From: Candidatus Poribacteria bacterium
Lineage (GTDB): Bacteria; Poribacteria; WGA-4E; WGA-3G
DNA length: 64,000 nucleotides
Assembly: GCA_965242965.1 (NCBI GenBank)
Contig: OZ251518.1
Coordinates: 4,928,001-4,992,000 of the forward strand
Reading direction: 5' to 3'
Each line of letters opens with the position of its first letter. Position 1 is the first letter of the stretch. The translations under genes were made by a program, and so were the position numbers. The notes under the pieces are model-generated. The model was not told the DNA's origin. It searched no databases and saw only the letters and a list, made by a program, of their open reading frames with translations. Below are positions 18,594 to 29,526 of the stretch, piece by piece.

Positions 18594-19625
18594 CTACAGG
18601 GATACAACTTCTCCACACCGATTTGATTCAAGAAGCGCGTCGCAGATGCGCATCGTGTTAACGGCGACATTCGGCCAATGCTCCTCAAGCTCTCCAGACT
18701 GCACGATGTCCGAAAACCGTTCAATCATCGTGACTTCCTGAATACAGGTGCCGGTTTCATATTTCGTGTTATCCGCGCCATGCACCCAGAATCGCGCCGA
18801 GTCTTCAGATGTGGGCACGGTGAAATCATCGCAGACGATAGATGCGCGCGTGCCTGCAACTTCAAACCATTTGCGGAGAGCGGTATCAAACCCGCAATCC
18901 AGCGTGGCGATGCGTTCATCGTCAAACCAGAGGATTCCGGCGAGGTTGAAATCCACGCCGCCTTTGTAGCGCGCGGTAGCGAAGGCTTTCGTTGGCATCT
19001 GCTCAAAAGCCCAGAGGATGGCACGGATGCAGTAATACCCCAGGTCACCGAGGCTGCCGCCGGCGAGTTCCTTCATCGCCCGGATATTGTCCGTCGGAAT
19101 GGTATCCCAATTGAACGTAAACGCCGCTGTAACTCGGCGCAGTTCGCCCAAAGTGCCATCGGTGAGTTTCTGTTTCATTGCCGCGGTGCGTTCGTGATGC
19201 ACCCACATGACTCCGTCCATGAGTTGCACGCCGTTTTGGCGGCATGCATCCGCCATCGCCATCGCCTCGCTTGCGTTCGCGGCGAGCGGTTTCTCACAAA
19301 GGACATGCTTGCCGTGTTCCGCCGCCTTGATTGTCCATGCCGCGTGGTGTGATGGCGGCAGCGGGATATAAACGGCATCAATTGTTTCATCGGCGAGGAG
19401 CGCGTCGTAAGTGCCGTATGCGTTGGGGACGTTATGTTGTGTCGCCCAGGCACTCGCGCGCGTCTCGTCCCGACTCGCGATTGCAATAAGTTCCGCGTTC
19501 CGGGCGAGATGCATCGCGCGGGCAACCTTCGTGGCAATATTCGCTGTGCTGAGGATGCCCCAGCGGATTTTCGTTTGTAATGTGTTTGTTGATGGGTTTC
19601 GGTACAATGCCGTTCTCCTCTGCAT
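18594..19625 (-). CDS. Gfo/Idh/MocA family oxidoreductase
   Basis: IRWGILSTANIA, GKHVLCEKP, GGSLGDLGYY. Confidence 0.9.
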   Translation of the reverse strand: MQRRTALYRNPSTNTLQTKIRWGILSTANIATKVARAMHLARNAELIAIASRDETRASAWATQHNVPNAYGTYDALLADETIDAVYIPLPPSHHAAWTIKAAEHGKHVLCEKPLAANASEAMAMADACRQNGVQLMDGVMWVHHERTAAMKQKLTDGTLGELRRVTAAFTFNWDTIPTDNIRAMKELAGGSLGDLGYYCIRAILWAFEQMPTKAFATARYKGGVDFNLAGILWFDDERIATLDCGFDTALRKWFEVAGTRASIVCDDFTVPTSEDSARFWVHGADNTKYETGTCIQEVTMIERFSDIVQSGELEEHWPNVAVNTMRICDALLESNRCGEVVSL

Positions 19626-19659
19626 ATTTGTTATTGGTTATTGATTTCGGTCCGGCAAC

Positions 19660-20060
19660 GTTACCGTAGCGCGGGGGCCTGTCCCCGGCGAAGTGAAGAA
19701 ACCGTCCCATTACCGTAGCGCGGGGGCCTGTCCCCCGCGAGCGTCCCGTAGGAGAGCCCTCCCGGTCTCGATTTCCCCCGGTAGGAGAGACCTCCCAGTC
19801 TCGATGCAACATTAAGGTCCTACGGACCTTGATAGGGTAAGGCGCGTGTTTCTATAGACATTAAGGTCCTACGGACCTAAAAGAGCGGTTTGATAGACCG
19901 CAGCATGGCGAGGGACAGGCCCTCGCCCTACGGTGAAGGGGACGTTTTGTGAAGAAGATGTCCCGTTACCGTAGGGCGGGGGCCTGTCCCCCGCGATCGT
20001 TGCATGGCGAGGGAAACCCTCTCGCATGCGCGTGTGGCATGCGAGGGCCCAAGCCCTACG
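19660..20060. repeat. Mosaic REP array
   Basis: GTAGCGCGGGGGCCTGTCCCCCGCG, GTAGGAGAGACCTCC.., CTATAGACATTAAGGTCCTACGGACCT units. Confidence 0.85.
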
Positions 20061-23000
20061 TGAGGCCCGGCAACTCCCCAACCAACCGCACCGTCTCTTC
20101 ACTAACATGCATCACCTGCCCCACCAACCGAACAATATATTGCACATCTTCCCCATTCGGATCGGAGACAATACCACTCCCGTTCGGATCGGGTTTCACG
20201 CGATACCGATCGATGAGCCACTCTAATGCCGAACGCCTCCCCAAACGATAATCAAATACCTCTGGCGGAATATCCACTACCGTCAAAGATTCATTGTAGC
20301 GGAGCTGCGTTTTGTCTTTGGATAACTCCATCTTCTCCACACGCCAATTGAGCGGCGGGGTTTCGATGAGGTTTGGCATCACGTCAAGTGTTTCATAGTT
20401 GACATGCAAGTCCGCCAAAGCGCGCCCGATGTTCACAAATCCCCAGAAATCCGGGGCGAAGGGGAGATGCGGCAAGTCGTGCTTGAGGTTCACCTGATAT
20501 GTCTCGCGGTATTCGGGATGATGCAAAAGCGCGTAATTGTAGTGGAAAATGTCCCATTTGGTGATGGTTTCATCCTCGTAATGCATTCGGAAATGGGACA
20601 ATGCCCAGTCGGTGATGTTCTCTCTGCGGTTCGTGCCATCCTCATCGTAGGTGTAGAAGGGGAAGCACTGAGAATCACCCGTTAAATGGAGATTTGGAAT
20701 CACGTCAGTCATTAGCACGTGAAAAGGCGAATTTGAACTCGGCGCGCAAACGCAAATTGCCCGATTCTCCTGTTCGATTTCCGGTGTAGGGAAGATCGAA
20801 GGAAACCCGGCAATCCTATCCGTGAGCACTCTGTCAAAGAACAAATGCGTTTTCGTGAACGGCCGGTAAAGCGACGTGCGCATCTTGCTTTCGGCGAATT
20901 CGGTGCCTCGGCCGCGCGCCAACTTCACTTTTAAGTCGCGACTCCATTTGATATCGCGAGTATGTTGCGCCGCAAATGCATCCACGGTGATGCCCGACTG
21001 TTTTTGGGTTTCTTGCCATTCAAGCACGCAGAGGTTATAGGCACGGATCGTCCGTTGCATGTTTTCTTCAAGGGCTCTGGGCTGAAAGTTGTAAACCCAC
21101 GCATCGCGGTTGGTTGAAACACCAAGGACGTAGGTTTTAAAAAGCGTGCCGGCTCCCTCGTTTTTCGCGGCTTTAGCGGCTTTCGTGCCCATCGGGATGA
21201 ACGTGTTAAAGTCGGCGCGAAATCCCTCGGTGAGCCACATCTGTCGCGCATTCGGCTGAAGTTCGCGCCACTTGACATTGCCGACGTGAGTCGTCTTTTC
21301 CAAAAATTGGAACGTGTCGGATTTGGAGAGCTCCGCGGTTGCATCGTGATAGAGGAGACGCGCCTTGCCTTCGCGGTTTTCGCCCGTTTTCACGAGGAGA
21401 TTGATGCTTACACCCACCTTAATTCCGAAGACGTTAGAATCCCCCGGATGCCGCTTGCGTTCAATATTGCCACCGAGATCGAGCAGATAGAGCGTGTCAA
21501 ATTCCTCGGCGAGGCATTGCCGCAGACCATCAAACTGCTTCGCGTCAATGAAACTATTATTCGTTATCACCGCAATGATACCTGCCTCGCCAATTTTATC
21601 GGATGCCCACCGGAGGGATTTCACGTATGGATCGTAAACTTTATTATTCAGTTGCGCCGTGGAGGCGGCGACATAGGTGGCACGCACACGGTTGTCGACA
21701 GCCTCATGCGGCCGATTCTTGTTATTATCGTTTTCGTTCTGCTGACTCGCGTTATAGGGTGGATTCCCGATGACGACGAACATCGGTGTCTCCTTCTGCT
21801 CTTGAACGCGCATCGTGTTTTCCAGCGTGAAATAGGCGAATTCGCCGGTTTGATTTGGCGCGTCCATCAACCCGAAGGTATCGAACGTATCCACGAAGCA
21901 GATGTGCTTGAACGGCTCGTATCTCCCCATCTTTTCGTAATAGGCGTGTTCGATGTTCATCGTGGCGATGTAATACGGCAACAACATTACTTCGTTGCAA
22001 TGCAACTCGCCTTTGTATTTCTTATCCAGCGCGATGCCAGGGATGTCTTGCATCAAGCGGACGATGAAGTTGCCGGTGCCGACGAAGGGGTCGATGATAT
22101 GCACCCCTGTATCGGCCAGGGATTTGCCGAAATGGGTTTTCAGGAGGTGCTGGACGCTGTTCACCATGAAATCAACGATGGGCTGCGGCGTATAAACGAC
22201 CCCGTGTCTATCGGCATCCTTGACAGAGAAGTCCTGAAAGAAGCGTTGATAGAGGGTATTGAGAAAATCCTGTTTCTGCGAGAAATCGGACAAGGTGCTG
22301 GCGGTTTTCTCGATCGCCGTGTAAAACGGGTTGAGTTCTTTGAAGAACTGAGCCCGGTCGAAGGCGTAGCGAGTGAGAACATCGATGACGTTCTCAATTT
22401 CGCGGGCGATGATATTGCGCCGGGTGAAATCGCGGTTGTTGAAAACGGTGGCGAAGATGCGTTCCGTCATGAGGTGTTGCGTGAGCATCCGTTCCACCTC
22501 TGTCTCGGCGAGATTTGGGTTAATTGCCGCTTGGCATTGCTGATGGAAGTGCGCGAACGCCTCGCGGAATTCGGGGGTATTCTGGCGTTCAGTTTGGATG
22601 AGCGTCTCCAATTTCGCGCCGAGTTGGGGGATGGTATCTTGGAACGTATTGACAGCGGCATCCCACTCGGCGAGATTTTCCTCGGTGTAGGTGAAGAAGG
22701 TTTCAAGGAGTTGGATGAGATTGCGCGGCTCGGTGATGTCCACATCCAAGATAAGCGCGCCGTTTTGATAGAGGATGGCGCGGTGCGGGGTTTGGAAGAT
22801 GATGTTTTTCGCAGGATAGCCCGTGGCAAATTTCTGTTGCGCTTCGGCGGGGAGATCATCGAGGAGATCTTTCGCTTCCCAATGGCCGAAGATGAGTCCG
22901 AAGTCGGTGACGATTTCGCCATCGATGCGGATGTGGTTTCCGTTAGGTGTGGTGCGGGTTTTCTCACATATCAGCGTGAGATTGCGTTGTCCGCAGTAGT

Positions 23001-23124
23001 ATTGCAAGAGCGTTTGGAAGGCGACGCGGACGGCACCTTCATGTTGCGCGCCGAGTTTCGTGAACTGCTTGAGTTCGGCGTAGTAGTTTTTTATGGGTTT
23101 GTGCGTGGTTTTGATGTTGAGCAT
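20056..23124 (-). CDS. Single-chain R-M enzyme: nuclease + N6-adenine MTase + type ISP (LlaBIII-like) C-terminal specificity domain
   Basis: ID-x10-WEAK nuclease-like motif, GVVYTP, DPFVGTG, GNPPYN, LYRPF, QCFPFY, ENITDWAL; ATG 23124 after GGAGG. Confidence 0.85.
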   Translation of the reverse strand: MLNIKTTHKPIKNYYAELKQFTKLGAQHEGAVRVAFQTLLQYYCGQRNLTLICEKTRTTPNGNHIRIDGEIVTDFGLIFGHWEAKDLLDDLPAEAQQKFATGYPAKNIIFQTPHRAILYQNGALILDVDITEPRNLIQLLETFFTYTEENLAEWDAAVNTFQDTIPQLGAKLETLIQTERQNTPEFREAFAHFHQQCQAAINPNLAETEVERMLTQHLMTERIFATVFNNRDFTRRNIIAREIENVIDVLTRYAFDRAQFFKELNPFYTAIEKTASTLSDFSQKQDFLNTLYQRFFQDFSVKDADRHGVVYTPQPIVDFMVNSVQHLLKTHFGKSLADTGVHIIDPFVGTGNFIVRLMQDIPGIALDKKYKGELHCNEVMLLPYYIATMNIEHAYYEKMGRYEPFKHICFVDTFDTFGLMDAPNQTGEFAYFTLENTMRVQEQKETPMFVVIGNPPYNASQQNENDNNKNRPHEAVDNRVRATYVAASTAQLNNKVYDPYVKSLRWASDKIGEAGIIAVITNNSFIDAKQFDGLRQCLAEEFDTLYLLDLGGNIERKRHPGDSNVFGIKVGVSINLLVKTGENREGKARLLYHDATAELSKSDTFQFLEKTTHVGNVKWRELQPNARQMWLTEGFRADFNTFIPMGTKAAKAAKNEGAGTLFKTYVLGVSTNRDAWVYNFQPRALEENMQRTIRAYNLCVLEWQETQKQSGITVDAFAAQHTRDIKWSRDLKVKLARGRGTEFAESKMRTSLYRPFTKTHLFFDRVLTDRIAGFPSIFPTPEIEQENRAICVCAPSSNSPFHVLMTDVIPNLHLTGDSQCFPFYTYDEDGTNRRENITDWALSHFRMHYEDETITKWDIFHYNYALLHHPEYRETYQVNLKHDLPHLPFAPDFWGFVNIGRALADLHVNYETLDVMPNLIETPPLNWRVEKMELSKDKTQLRYNESLTVVDIPPEVFDYRLGRRSALEWLIDRYRVKPDPNGSGIVSDPNGEDVQYIVRLVGQVMHVSEETVRLVGELPGLT

Positions 23125-23207
23125 CGTTTTTCCTCCGTGTTTTGATTGGGTTATGAGTATTTTAACGTAAATCAGGATAAATTGCAAGGGAAAAACGGGG
23201 CCTGAAA

Positions 23208-23720
23208 CGATCGCGGGGGACAGGCCCCCGCGCTACGGTAGCCGGAACGGCTCCCTTTACCGTAGGGCGAGGGCCTGTCCCTCGCCATGCACCGGTCCAC
23301 CGGACGATCGCGGGGGCCTGTCCCCCGCACTACGGTAGATGAGGCGGCCGCGCTTTTGATCCGTTCGGGATCAGGCGATCCCGAACTACAGTCTCTGGAG
23401 CACGCGAACGATCGCGGGGGACAGGCCCCCGCCCTACGGTATCCAAAACGCCTCCCCTTTACCGTAGGGCGAGGGCCTGTCCCTCGCCATGCGGCGATCG
23501 CGGGGAACAGCCCCCGCGCTATGGAGCCTGAAACGATCGCGGGGGACAGGCCCCCGCGCTACGGGGCCCAGCACGGCTCCTTTTTACGTAGGGCGAGGGC
23601 CTGTCCCTCGCCATGCTGCGTTAATCGAGCGATCGCGGGGGACAGGCCCCCGCGCTACGGTATCCAGAACGATCTCTCTTACCGTGCGGCAGCAATCGAG
23701 ACCAGGAGGTCTCTCCTACT
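23208..23720. repeat. Long mosaic REP array
   Basis: Alternating inverted GTAGCGCGGGGG.. and GTAGGGCGAGGG.. palindromes. Confidence 0.88.
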
Positions 23721-23728
23721 GATTGGCT

Positions 23729-24859
23729 CTACGCCTCACCCGCCTCTCTCCGCCACCGTTCAAGCGGATGTTCGCGCGAGGTTAACGGTAAGTCCACCCG
23801 CGCTTTCCGCCGATGCGATTCCCACGTTGCGTGAATCATCTCAAGACAATCCCGTCCATCGCTGCCGCTTGCGAACGGCTCCCGGTCTGCCTCAATGGCT
23901 TCAATCAGATCGCGGAGCATGAGCCGTTGCAATAACAGCCGGATGGATGCCTTATCTCGCTGCACGCCGTGCTCGTCCAAATCTTCAGCGGATAGATGCA
24001 CCGGTTCCCACGCATCCGCCGGTGTCTTATGTTGTCCGCGATGGATAAACATCGTTGTGCCGACGCTCTCTCTGACAGCGATGCGTCCTTCAGCGCCGAT
24101 AATATCAATACCGTAGCCGTCGTCGTTCGTCTGCGGTTGCGCGAGGAACTGCACATCGGCGTGGATGCCGTTCTTGAACCGAAAGGCAGCGTGTCCGCGT
24201 TCGCCAAGCACGAGCCCTGCATCCCTGTCGTGCGGATGCACCTCTTGGGTATGTTTGATGTCCGCAACGGTTGACTCGCGGCCGTCCATCTGAACGAGGT
24301 GCGCGTGCGCCCATTCCACATCGCCGCCGAAAAGCCGCACCCAATCGTAGAGATGCGTGCCCATCTCCATCAGCGAATTGCCTGCCTTCCGGCCGCCTTT
24401 GTCTGTCGCTTTCAGCAGAACCACGTCGCCGATTTCGCCGCTGTCGATCAGCGACAAGACATGCCGGTTGTAGGGACTGGCGCGTTTGATGTGGTTAATA
24501 GCAAACTTGACATGGTGTTTGGCGCAGGTTGCAACCATCTCGTCTGCCTCAACGAGGTCCAACGCAATCGGCTTTTCGCAGAAGACGTGGATGCCTCGCT
24601 GTGCCGCCGCAATCGTCGGCGCGTAGTGCATCGGTGCCTGCGTCGGAACGATGACAATGTCCGGGTGTTGTGCATCAAGCATTTTCTCGTAGTCGTCATA
24701 GATGGCTTTCACCCCGAATCGTTCTCCCCACGCCGCCGCGCGCTCAGGTTCAATCTCTGCCCCAGCGACGAGTTCACAATTTTCTTCCAACGCCACTGCC
24801 TCGGCATGCGCTCTTCCCATGCCGCCGAGGCCAATGATTGCAATACGGTAGTTTTTCAT
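23729..24859 (-). CDS. Gfo/Idh/MocA family oxidoreductase
   Basis: IAIIGLGGMG, HVFCEKP, MEMGTHLYD. Confidence 0.9.
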   Translation of the reverse strand: MKNYRIAIIGLGGMGRAHAEAVALEENCELVAGAEIEPERAAAWGERFGVKAIYDDYEKMLDAQHPDIVIVPTQAPMHYAPTIAAAQRGIHVFCEKPIALDLVEADEMVATCAKHHVKFAINHIKRASPYNRHVLSLIDSGEIGDVVLLKATDKGGRKAGNSLMEMGTHLYDWVRLFGGDVEWAHAHLVQMDGRESTVADIKHTQEVHPHDRDAGLVLGERGHAAFRFKNGIHADVQFLAQPQTNDDGYGIDIIGAEGRIAVRESVGTTMFIHRGQHKTPADAWEPVHLSAEDLDEHGVQRDKASIRLLLQRLMLRDLIEAIEADREPFASGSDGRDCLEMIHATWESHRRKARVDLPLTSREHPLERWRREAGEA

Positions 24860-24959
24860 GCGTGCCTCCTAATGCTTACATTACCCCTAGACGCGGTTTG
24901 AAAGCGCGCTTTGTAGAGGAAACCTCCCTGTCTTGATACCGCGTTCGTTCTGTATCTGA

Positions 24960-26069
24960 TCACTGAACCAGTGCCGCCCGTGCAATCCCGCGGCCGCGTT
25001 CTGTCAAAGCCAACTGGCCGTTTTCCCGTGATACACAACGATTCTCTAAAGCGTATCTCACGATTTGGGCGGCGAACGGCGGCTCCCACCGCAGATGTTC
25101 CTGAAGATGAGATACCTGTGACTCTTGTTCGGCTTCTGGCAAACCTTCGTGATTTAGGAGATGGATGACGAGCATCGTCTGTGCAAACTCCAACTTCTGG
25201 CGATGTCGGCGGCGCGCGATGGCGATCATCCCGCGCCTGGGCACAACCAAAAAGGTGATGCCGAACATAATGAGCGTCGTCGTCGCAATCGCGCCGGCAA
25301 TGGAGACATCGAAGAGGCGCGCGAGCCAGTAGCCGCTGACAGCGTTCACACTGCCGAGGATGGCACTCAAGATGAGCATCCGAGCAAGGCTGTCTGTGAT
25401 CAGATATGCCGTAGCCGGCGGCCCGACAATCAACGCAACGACAAGAATTGAACCAACCGCATCAAACGCACCCACCGTCGTGATGGATACCAACGTCATC
25501 AACCCGTAGTGAATGAGCGCGGGCGCGAAGCCGAGAGCGGCTGCCAAACTTTCATCGAACGAGGCGATTTTCAGTTCCTTGTAAAAAAGTAAGATAAAGG
25601 TGAAGTTCAGCACCAAAATCGTGCCCATGACATACAGGGAGACGGGGCCCAGATTGACTCCAAACATCTCCCATTGATTTAAATGCGCATACGCAAGTTC
25701 GCCGAGTAGCACGGCATCCATGTCAAGGTGAACGTTGCCTGCGAACCGTGAAATCAGGATAACGCCGATGCTGAAAAGCGCGGGGAACGTTAACCCTATC
25801 GCCGCATCCTCTTTCACCAAGTTCGTCCGTTGGAGCAGTTCCACGAGGACAACGGTGAGGACACCCGTGCCAGCCGCCGCCAGAATAAGGAGTGGGGACG
25901 AAAGGCTCTCTGTCAGAAAGAAGGCGAGCACGATGCCGGGGAGGATTGCGTGGCTAATCGCATCGCTCATCAACGTCATCCTGCGGAGGACGAGGAATAC
26001 ACCGGGCAAAGCGCAAGCCACCGCTACCACAATGGCAATAAGTTGGGTTTCAAGTTGATGGATTGCCAT
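24960..26069 (-). CDS. troD: Mn/Zn/Fe ABC permease with C-terminal winged-helix-like extension
   Basis: SDAISHAILPG, KEDAAIG, HLDMDAVLLGE; tail ending LALTERGRGIA. Confidence 0.85.
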   Translation of the reverse strand: MAIHQLETQLIAIVVAVACALPGVFLVLRRMTLMSDAISHAILPGIVLAFFLTESLSSPLLILAAAGTGVLTVVLVELLQRTNLVKEDAAIGLTFPALFSIGVILISRFAGNVHLDMDAVLLGELAYAHLNQWEMFGVNLGPVSLYVMGTILVLNFTFILLFYKELKIASFDESLAAALGFAPALIHYGLMTLVSITTVGAFDAVGSILVVALIVGPPATAYLITDSLARMLILSAILGSVNAVSGYWLARLFDVSIAGAIATTTLIMFGITFLVVPRRGMIAIARRRHRQKLEFAQTMLVIHLLNHEGLPEAEQESQVSHLQEHLRWEPPFAAQIVRYALENRCVSRENGQLALTERGRGIARAALVQ

Positions 26070-26159
26070 AATTTCGTATTTCCTAGCGGTGGTTTGGCTG
26101 CCTCTTGGCAGGATAGCATTGTCTTATCAGGCCGTCTTGACGTTGTCAAGACTTGCAAT

Positions 26160-26415
26160 TCTGGGCTATTTTTAGCGATTTTGACCCGTTCGGGAGCGGG
26201 TGCTCCCGAACTACAGAGGTGGGCCCGGTGCCTCCCGGTAGGAGGGACATCCTTGTCCCGATACGGTGTGCATCGAGACCGGGAGGTCTCTCCTACCCGA
26301 AGAAATCAAGACAGGTAGGAGGGACATCCTTGTCCCGATAAAAACAGAAACAAATGCATCGAGACCAGGAGGGCTCTCCTACGGGGCTGCATCGAGACCA
26401 GGAGGGCTCTCCTAC
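26160..26415. repeat. REP array inside the tro operon
   Basis: GTAG palindrome units of three families. Confidence 0.8.
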
Positions 26416-26430
26416 ATCTGTCCATTGTCC

Positions 26431-27360
26431 TTACACTTCTAAATCGCCTTCACGCTGTGGATTTTCCAAGAGTCTGTTAGCCGGTAGTTTGATGCTCTCT
26501 TTATTTCGCCGCTGCCGCGCCCAATGCCACACCAATCCTCGGTTCGGAGCCAGCGCGAAGGAAAATCCGACGAAGACCGTGGCACACATCACAATTGTCG
26601 GCCCAGTCGGGAGGCGCGAGGCACTGCTACTGATAATCGTCCCGCTCACGCCAGCGATTGCACCGAAGAACGCGGCGAGAAGCACCATGTGCCCGAGCCT
26701 GTCTGTCCACTGTCGCGCCGCAACCGCGGGAGCGACTAACATCGCGCTCATCAACACCGCGCCGACGGCTTGTAAACCGAGGACGATTGCAACAGTTAAG
26801 AGACTCGTCAGTAGAATATCAAGCGAGCGGACCGGCAGTCCTATTGATGTCGCGAATCCCTCATCAAAAACGAGCAGTTTCAACTCTTTCCAAAAAAGTG
26901 ACACGATGAGGAGCGCGATGCCGCCGAGGATGCCCATCGTCAGCACATCGCGTTCCAACAGCGAAGCGGCTTGCCCGAAGAGGAACGTATCCAACCCCGC
27001 CTGATTTGCATTGCCACTCCGCTGGATGAGCGTGTGCAGGACAAGCCCAAATCCGAAGAAGGTAGAGAGCACGAGGCTCAGCGCGCTGTCGTATTTGATA
27101 CGGGTGAGTTTGACGATGCTGAGAATTAGCAGCGTGCCAACCCACCCGGCAATAGCGGCACCAAGGACTAGAATCAGCGGCGTTTTGGTGCCGGTGAGCA
27201 GAAACGCGATAGCGATGCCCGGCAGTGCGGCGTGCGAGATGGCATCGCCGAGGAGGCTTTGCCGCCGCAAAACCGCATAAGTGCCGAGCGCGCCGCTGAT
27301 GAGCCCGATGAGTGCCGAACCGAGGCCGACAACTATGAGTGTGTAATTAAGCGTGTGCAT
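26431..27360 (-). CDS. troC: Mn/Zn/Fe ABC permease
   Basis: LLGDAISHAALPG, FLFGQAA, PAVAARQWT. Confidence 0.88.
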   Translation of the reverse strand: MHTLNYTLIVVGLGSALIGLISGALGTYAVLRRQSLLGDAISHAALPGIAIAFLLTGTKTPLILVLGAAIAGWVGTLLILSIVKLTRIKYDSALSLVLSTFFGFGLVLHTLIQRSGNANQAGLDTFLFGQAASLLERDVLTMGILGGIALLIVSLFWKELKLLVFDEGFATSIGLPVRSLDILLTSLLTVAIVLGLQAVGAVLMSAMLVAPAVAARQWTDRLGHMVLLAAFFGAIAGVSGTIISSSASRLPTGPTIVMCATVFVGFSFALAPNRGLVWHWARQRRNKESIKLPANRLLENPQREGDLEV

Positions 27361-27441
27361 CGTATCCTAATCCTGCCTGTGGCAACCTTCGTCCGGATAT
27401 GAACTTACAATTAGCCGCTGCTTGCCGTTGTGCTCTATAAT

Positions 27442-27520
27442 TGCGGGTGTTTCATAACTCCGTTGTAGTTCGGGATCGCCCGATCCCGAACGGGTCAGGA
27501 TCAGGCGATCCTGACCTACA
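27442..27520. repeat. Terminal motif plus REP doublet
   Basis: TGCGGGTGTTTCATA then GTAGTTCGGGATCGCCCGATCCCGAAC and GTCAGGATCAGGCGATCCTGACCTAC. Confidence 0.75.
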
Positions 27521-27549
27521 TAGGTGAGCTAGAAATCTTCAAATCCTGC

Positions 27550-28296
27550 TTAATTTTTCATGAAGGCGACGCGGCCGCCATACGTCTGGCGTAAATTGTC
27601 TTGGGTGAACGTCTCTCCAACCGGTCCGCTCGCAATGCGGCGAATGTTTAACAGCATTACCCAATCAAAATAGTCTGTGACGGTCTGCAAAGCGTGATGC
27701 ACGACGACGACTGTTTTTCCTTTGGCTCGGAGCTCCTGCAGCAGTGCGATGATTGCGCGCTCTGTCGTTGCGTCAACTCCCTGAAAAGGTTCATCCATCA
27801 GATAGACAGTGGCATCTTGGACTAGCGCGCGGGCGAGAAAGACGCGCTGCTGTTGTCCGCCGGAGAGTTGACTAATTTGCCTATCGGCATACGCCTGCAT
27901 CCCCACTTTCTCCAATGCGTTCGTCGCGAGCTCACGTTCCGCCTTCCCCGGTCGGCGGAACCAGCCCAAACTGCCGTAACGTCCCATCATCACGACATCA
28001 AGGACATTGGTGGGAAAATCCCAGTCCACGCTACCGCGCTGCGGCACGTAGCCGACAATTCGCCGTTGCACGGGATACGGTTTATCGTAAATTAAGACGC
28101 GCCCGGCGGCGGGCCGGACAAGCCCCAAAATCGCCTTAATCAACGTCGTCTTGCCCGCACCGTTCGGTCCGACGATGGCTAGAAGCACACCCGGCGGCAC
28201 ATCCAAATCGATGTCCCACAAGACTGGTTTCTCCTGATATGCAACGGTGAGGTCTGTGACTTCGATAGCTTTCGTTTCGTTCATTTCATTTGTCAT
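27550..28296 (-). CDS. troB: Mn/Zn/Fe ABC ATP-binding protein
   Basis: [26 protein letters not shown]. Confidence 0.92.
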   Translation of the reverse strand: MTNEMNETKAIEVTDLTVAYQEKPVLWDIDLDVPPGVLLAIVGPNGAGKTTLIKAILGLVRPAAGRVLIYDKPYPVQRRIVGYVPQRGSVDWDFPTNVLDVVMMGRYGSLGWFRRPGKAERELATNALEKVGMQAYADRQISQLSGGQQQRVFLARALVQDATVYLMDEPFQGVDATTERAIIALLQELRAKGKTVVVVHHALQTVTDYFDWVMLLNIRRIASGPVGETFTQDNLRQTYGGRVAFMKN

Positions 28297-28374
28297 GGAG
28301 GCTTCACGTCTTGATATGCGCGGGTGTGTAATCCTGCGAAATCTTGCCCATCCTATAAATCTTGGAAATCCTGC

Positions 28375-29322
28375 TTAAGGTTGTGCTGCTGTCAACGCCG
28401 CGACAATCGTATCAATATTGTGCCGCACCATGCCGATATAAGTGCCTTCAGGAGTCCCATCGGAGCCCATTGCATCCGAGAAGAGTTGCCCGCCGATTTT
28501 GATGTTAAACCCTTTTGACTGGACAGCGGCTTTCACCGCCTCAATGCTCCGTGAAGAGACAGACGACTCAACAAAAATGGCGGGGATGCGGCGTTCGGCG
28601 ATAAAAGTAGCTAATTCTTGAACGTCTGCGATGCCTGCTTCTGTCGCTGTGCTAATGCCTTGTAGCCCGCGCACCTCAAATCCGTAAGCCTTGCCGAAGT
28701 AATTAAAGGCATCGTGCGCCGTGACAAGCACGCGATGTTCCGATGGCACTTTTTCCGCCTGTGTATTGACATATCGGTGCAGTTCTGCGAGTTCGGCGAG
28801 GTAGCGTTCGGCGTTCGTTTGGTAGTCCACCTGATGCCCCGGGTCACTTTCAGTAAGAGTGTCACGCACCTTTTCCACGGCTTTCATCCACAGCGTCACG
28901 TCAAACCATAAGTGCGGGTCATGTTGTCCCTCGAATTCGGGCGGTGTAAGGAGATGCGCCTTGTCCACATCATCAGTTACAGCGACGGTTTTCGTATTCC
29001 CTGTCATTTTGGCGAGGATTTCGCCCATTTTGGACTCAAGGTGCAACCCGTTATAGAAGATGAGTTTCGCCGATGTCAAGCGCGCCACGTCACCCGCTGT
29101 GGCTTTGTAAAGGTGCGGATCTACCCCGGGTCCCATCAGTCCTATCACCTCTACATGCGCGCCGCCAACATTCCTGACGATGTCGGTAATCATCCCGATA
29201 GTCGTGACGACGGTGAGTTTGCCTGTCGTTGCGGCATCGGGCTGTCTCTTTCCATCACAGCCGATGCCTGTCAGTAATAGGGCAATCAAGCAGTGCGCTA
29301 AAAAGGTGTTTATTCTTTGCAT
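28375..29322 (-). CDS. troA: TroA/ZnuA-family metal-binding lipoprotein
   Basis: Lipobox GIGC; GVDPHLY, DPHLWFD, TAHDAFNYF, LFSDAMG. Confidence 0.92.
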   Translation of the reverse strand: MQRINTFLAHCLIALLLTGIGCDGKRQPDAATTGKLTVVTTIGMITDIVRNVGGAHVEVIGLMGPGVDPHLYKATAGDVARLTSAKLIFYNGLHLESKMGEILAKMTGNTKTVAVTDDVDKAHLLTPPEFEGQHDPHLWFDVTLWMKAVEKVRDTLTESDPGHQVDYQTNAERYLAELAELHRYVNTQAEKVPSEHRVLVTAHDAFNYFGKAYGFEVRGLQGISTATEAGIADVQELATFIAERRIPAIFVESSVSSRSIEAVKAAVQSKGFNIKIGGQLFSDAMGSDGTPEGTYIGMVRHNIDTIVAALTAAQP

Positions 29323-29344
29323 CGCCTTTGTTCCTTTTCATTAT

Positions 29345-29525
29345 TCAGTAGGCGGGACATCCCTGTCCCGAATCCGATCGCTATTCAGTAGGCGGGACAT
29401 CCCTGTCCCGAATCCGAAGCATCGAGACCAGGAGGTCTCTCCTACTGGGGAAGTCGAGCCCCGAGGTCTCTCCTATCAGAGCATCGAGATCGGGAGGGCT
29501 CTCCTACCAGGGAGTTTCTCCTACT
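29345..29525. repeat. REP array
   Basis: GTAGGCGGGACATCCCTGTCCCGA x2 plus GAGACC-type units. Confidence 0.8.
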
Positions 29526-29526
29526 A

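Noticed and set aside
21286-23145. 619-aa antisense ORF (also 16679-17596, 57176-57988, 59570-60328)
   Set aside because: Antisense shadows of well-supported genes, explained by codon bias; no recognisable motifs
18340-23720. REP arrays as CRISPR arrays
   Set aside because: Mixed unit types and orientations, short irregular non-unique spacers, no cas genes
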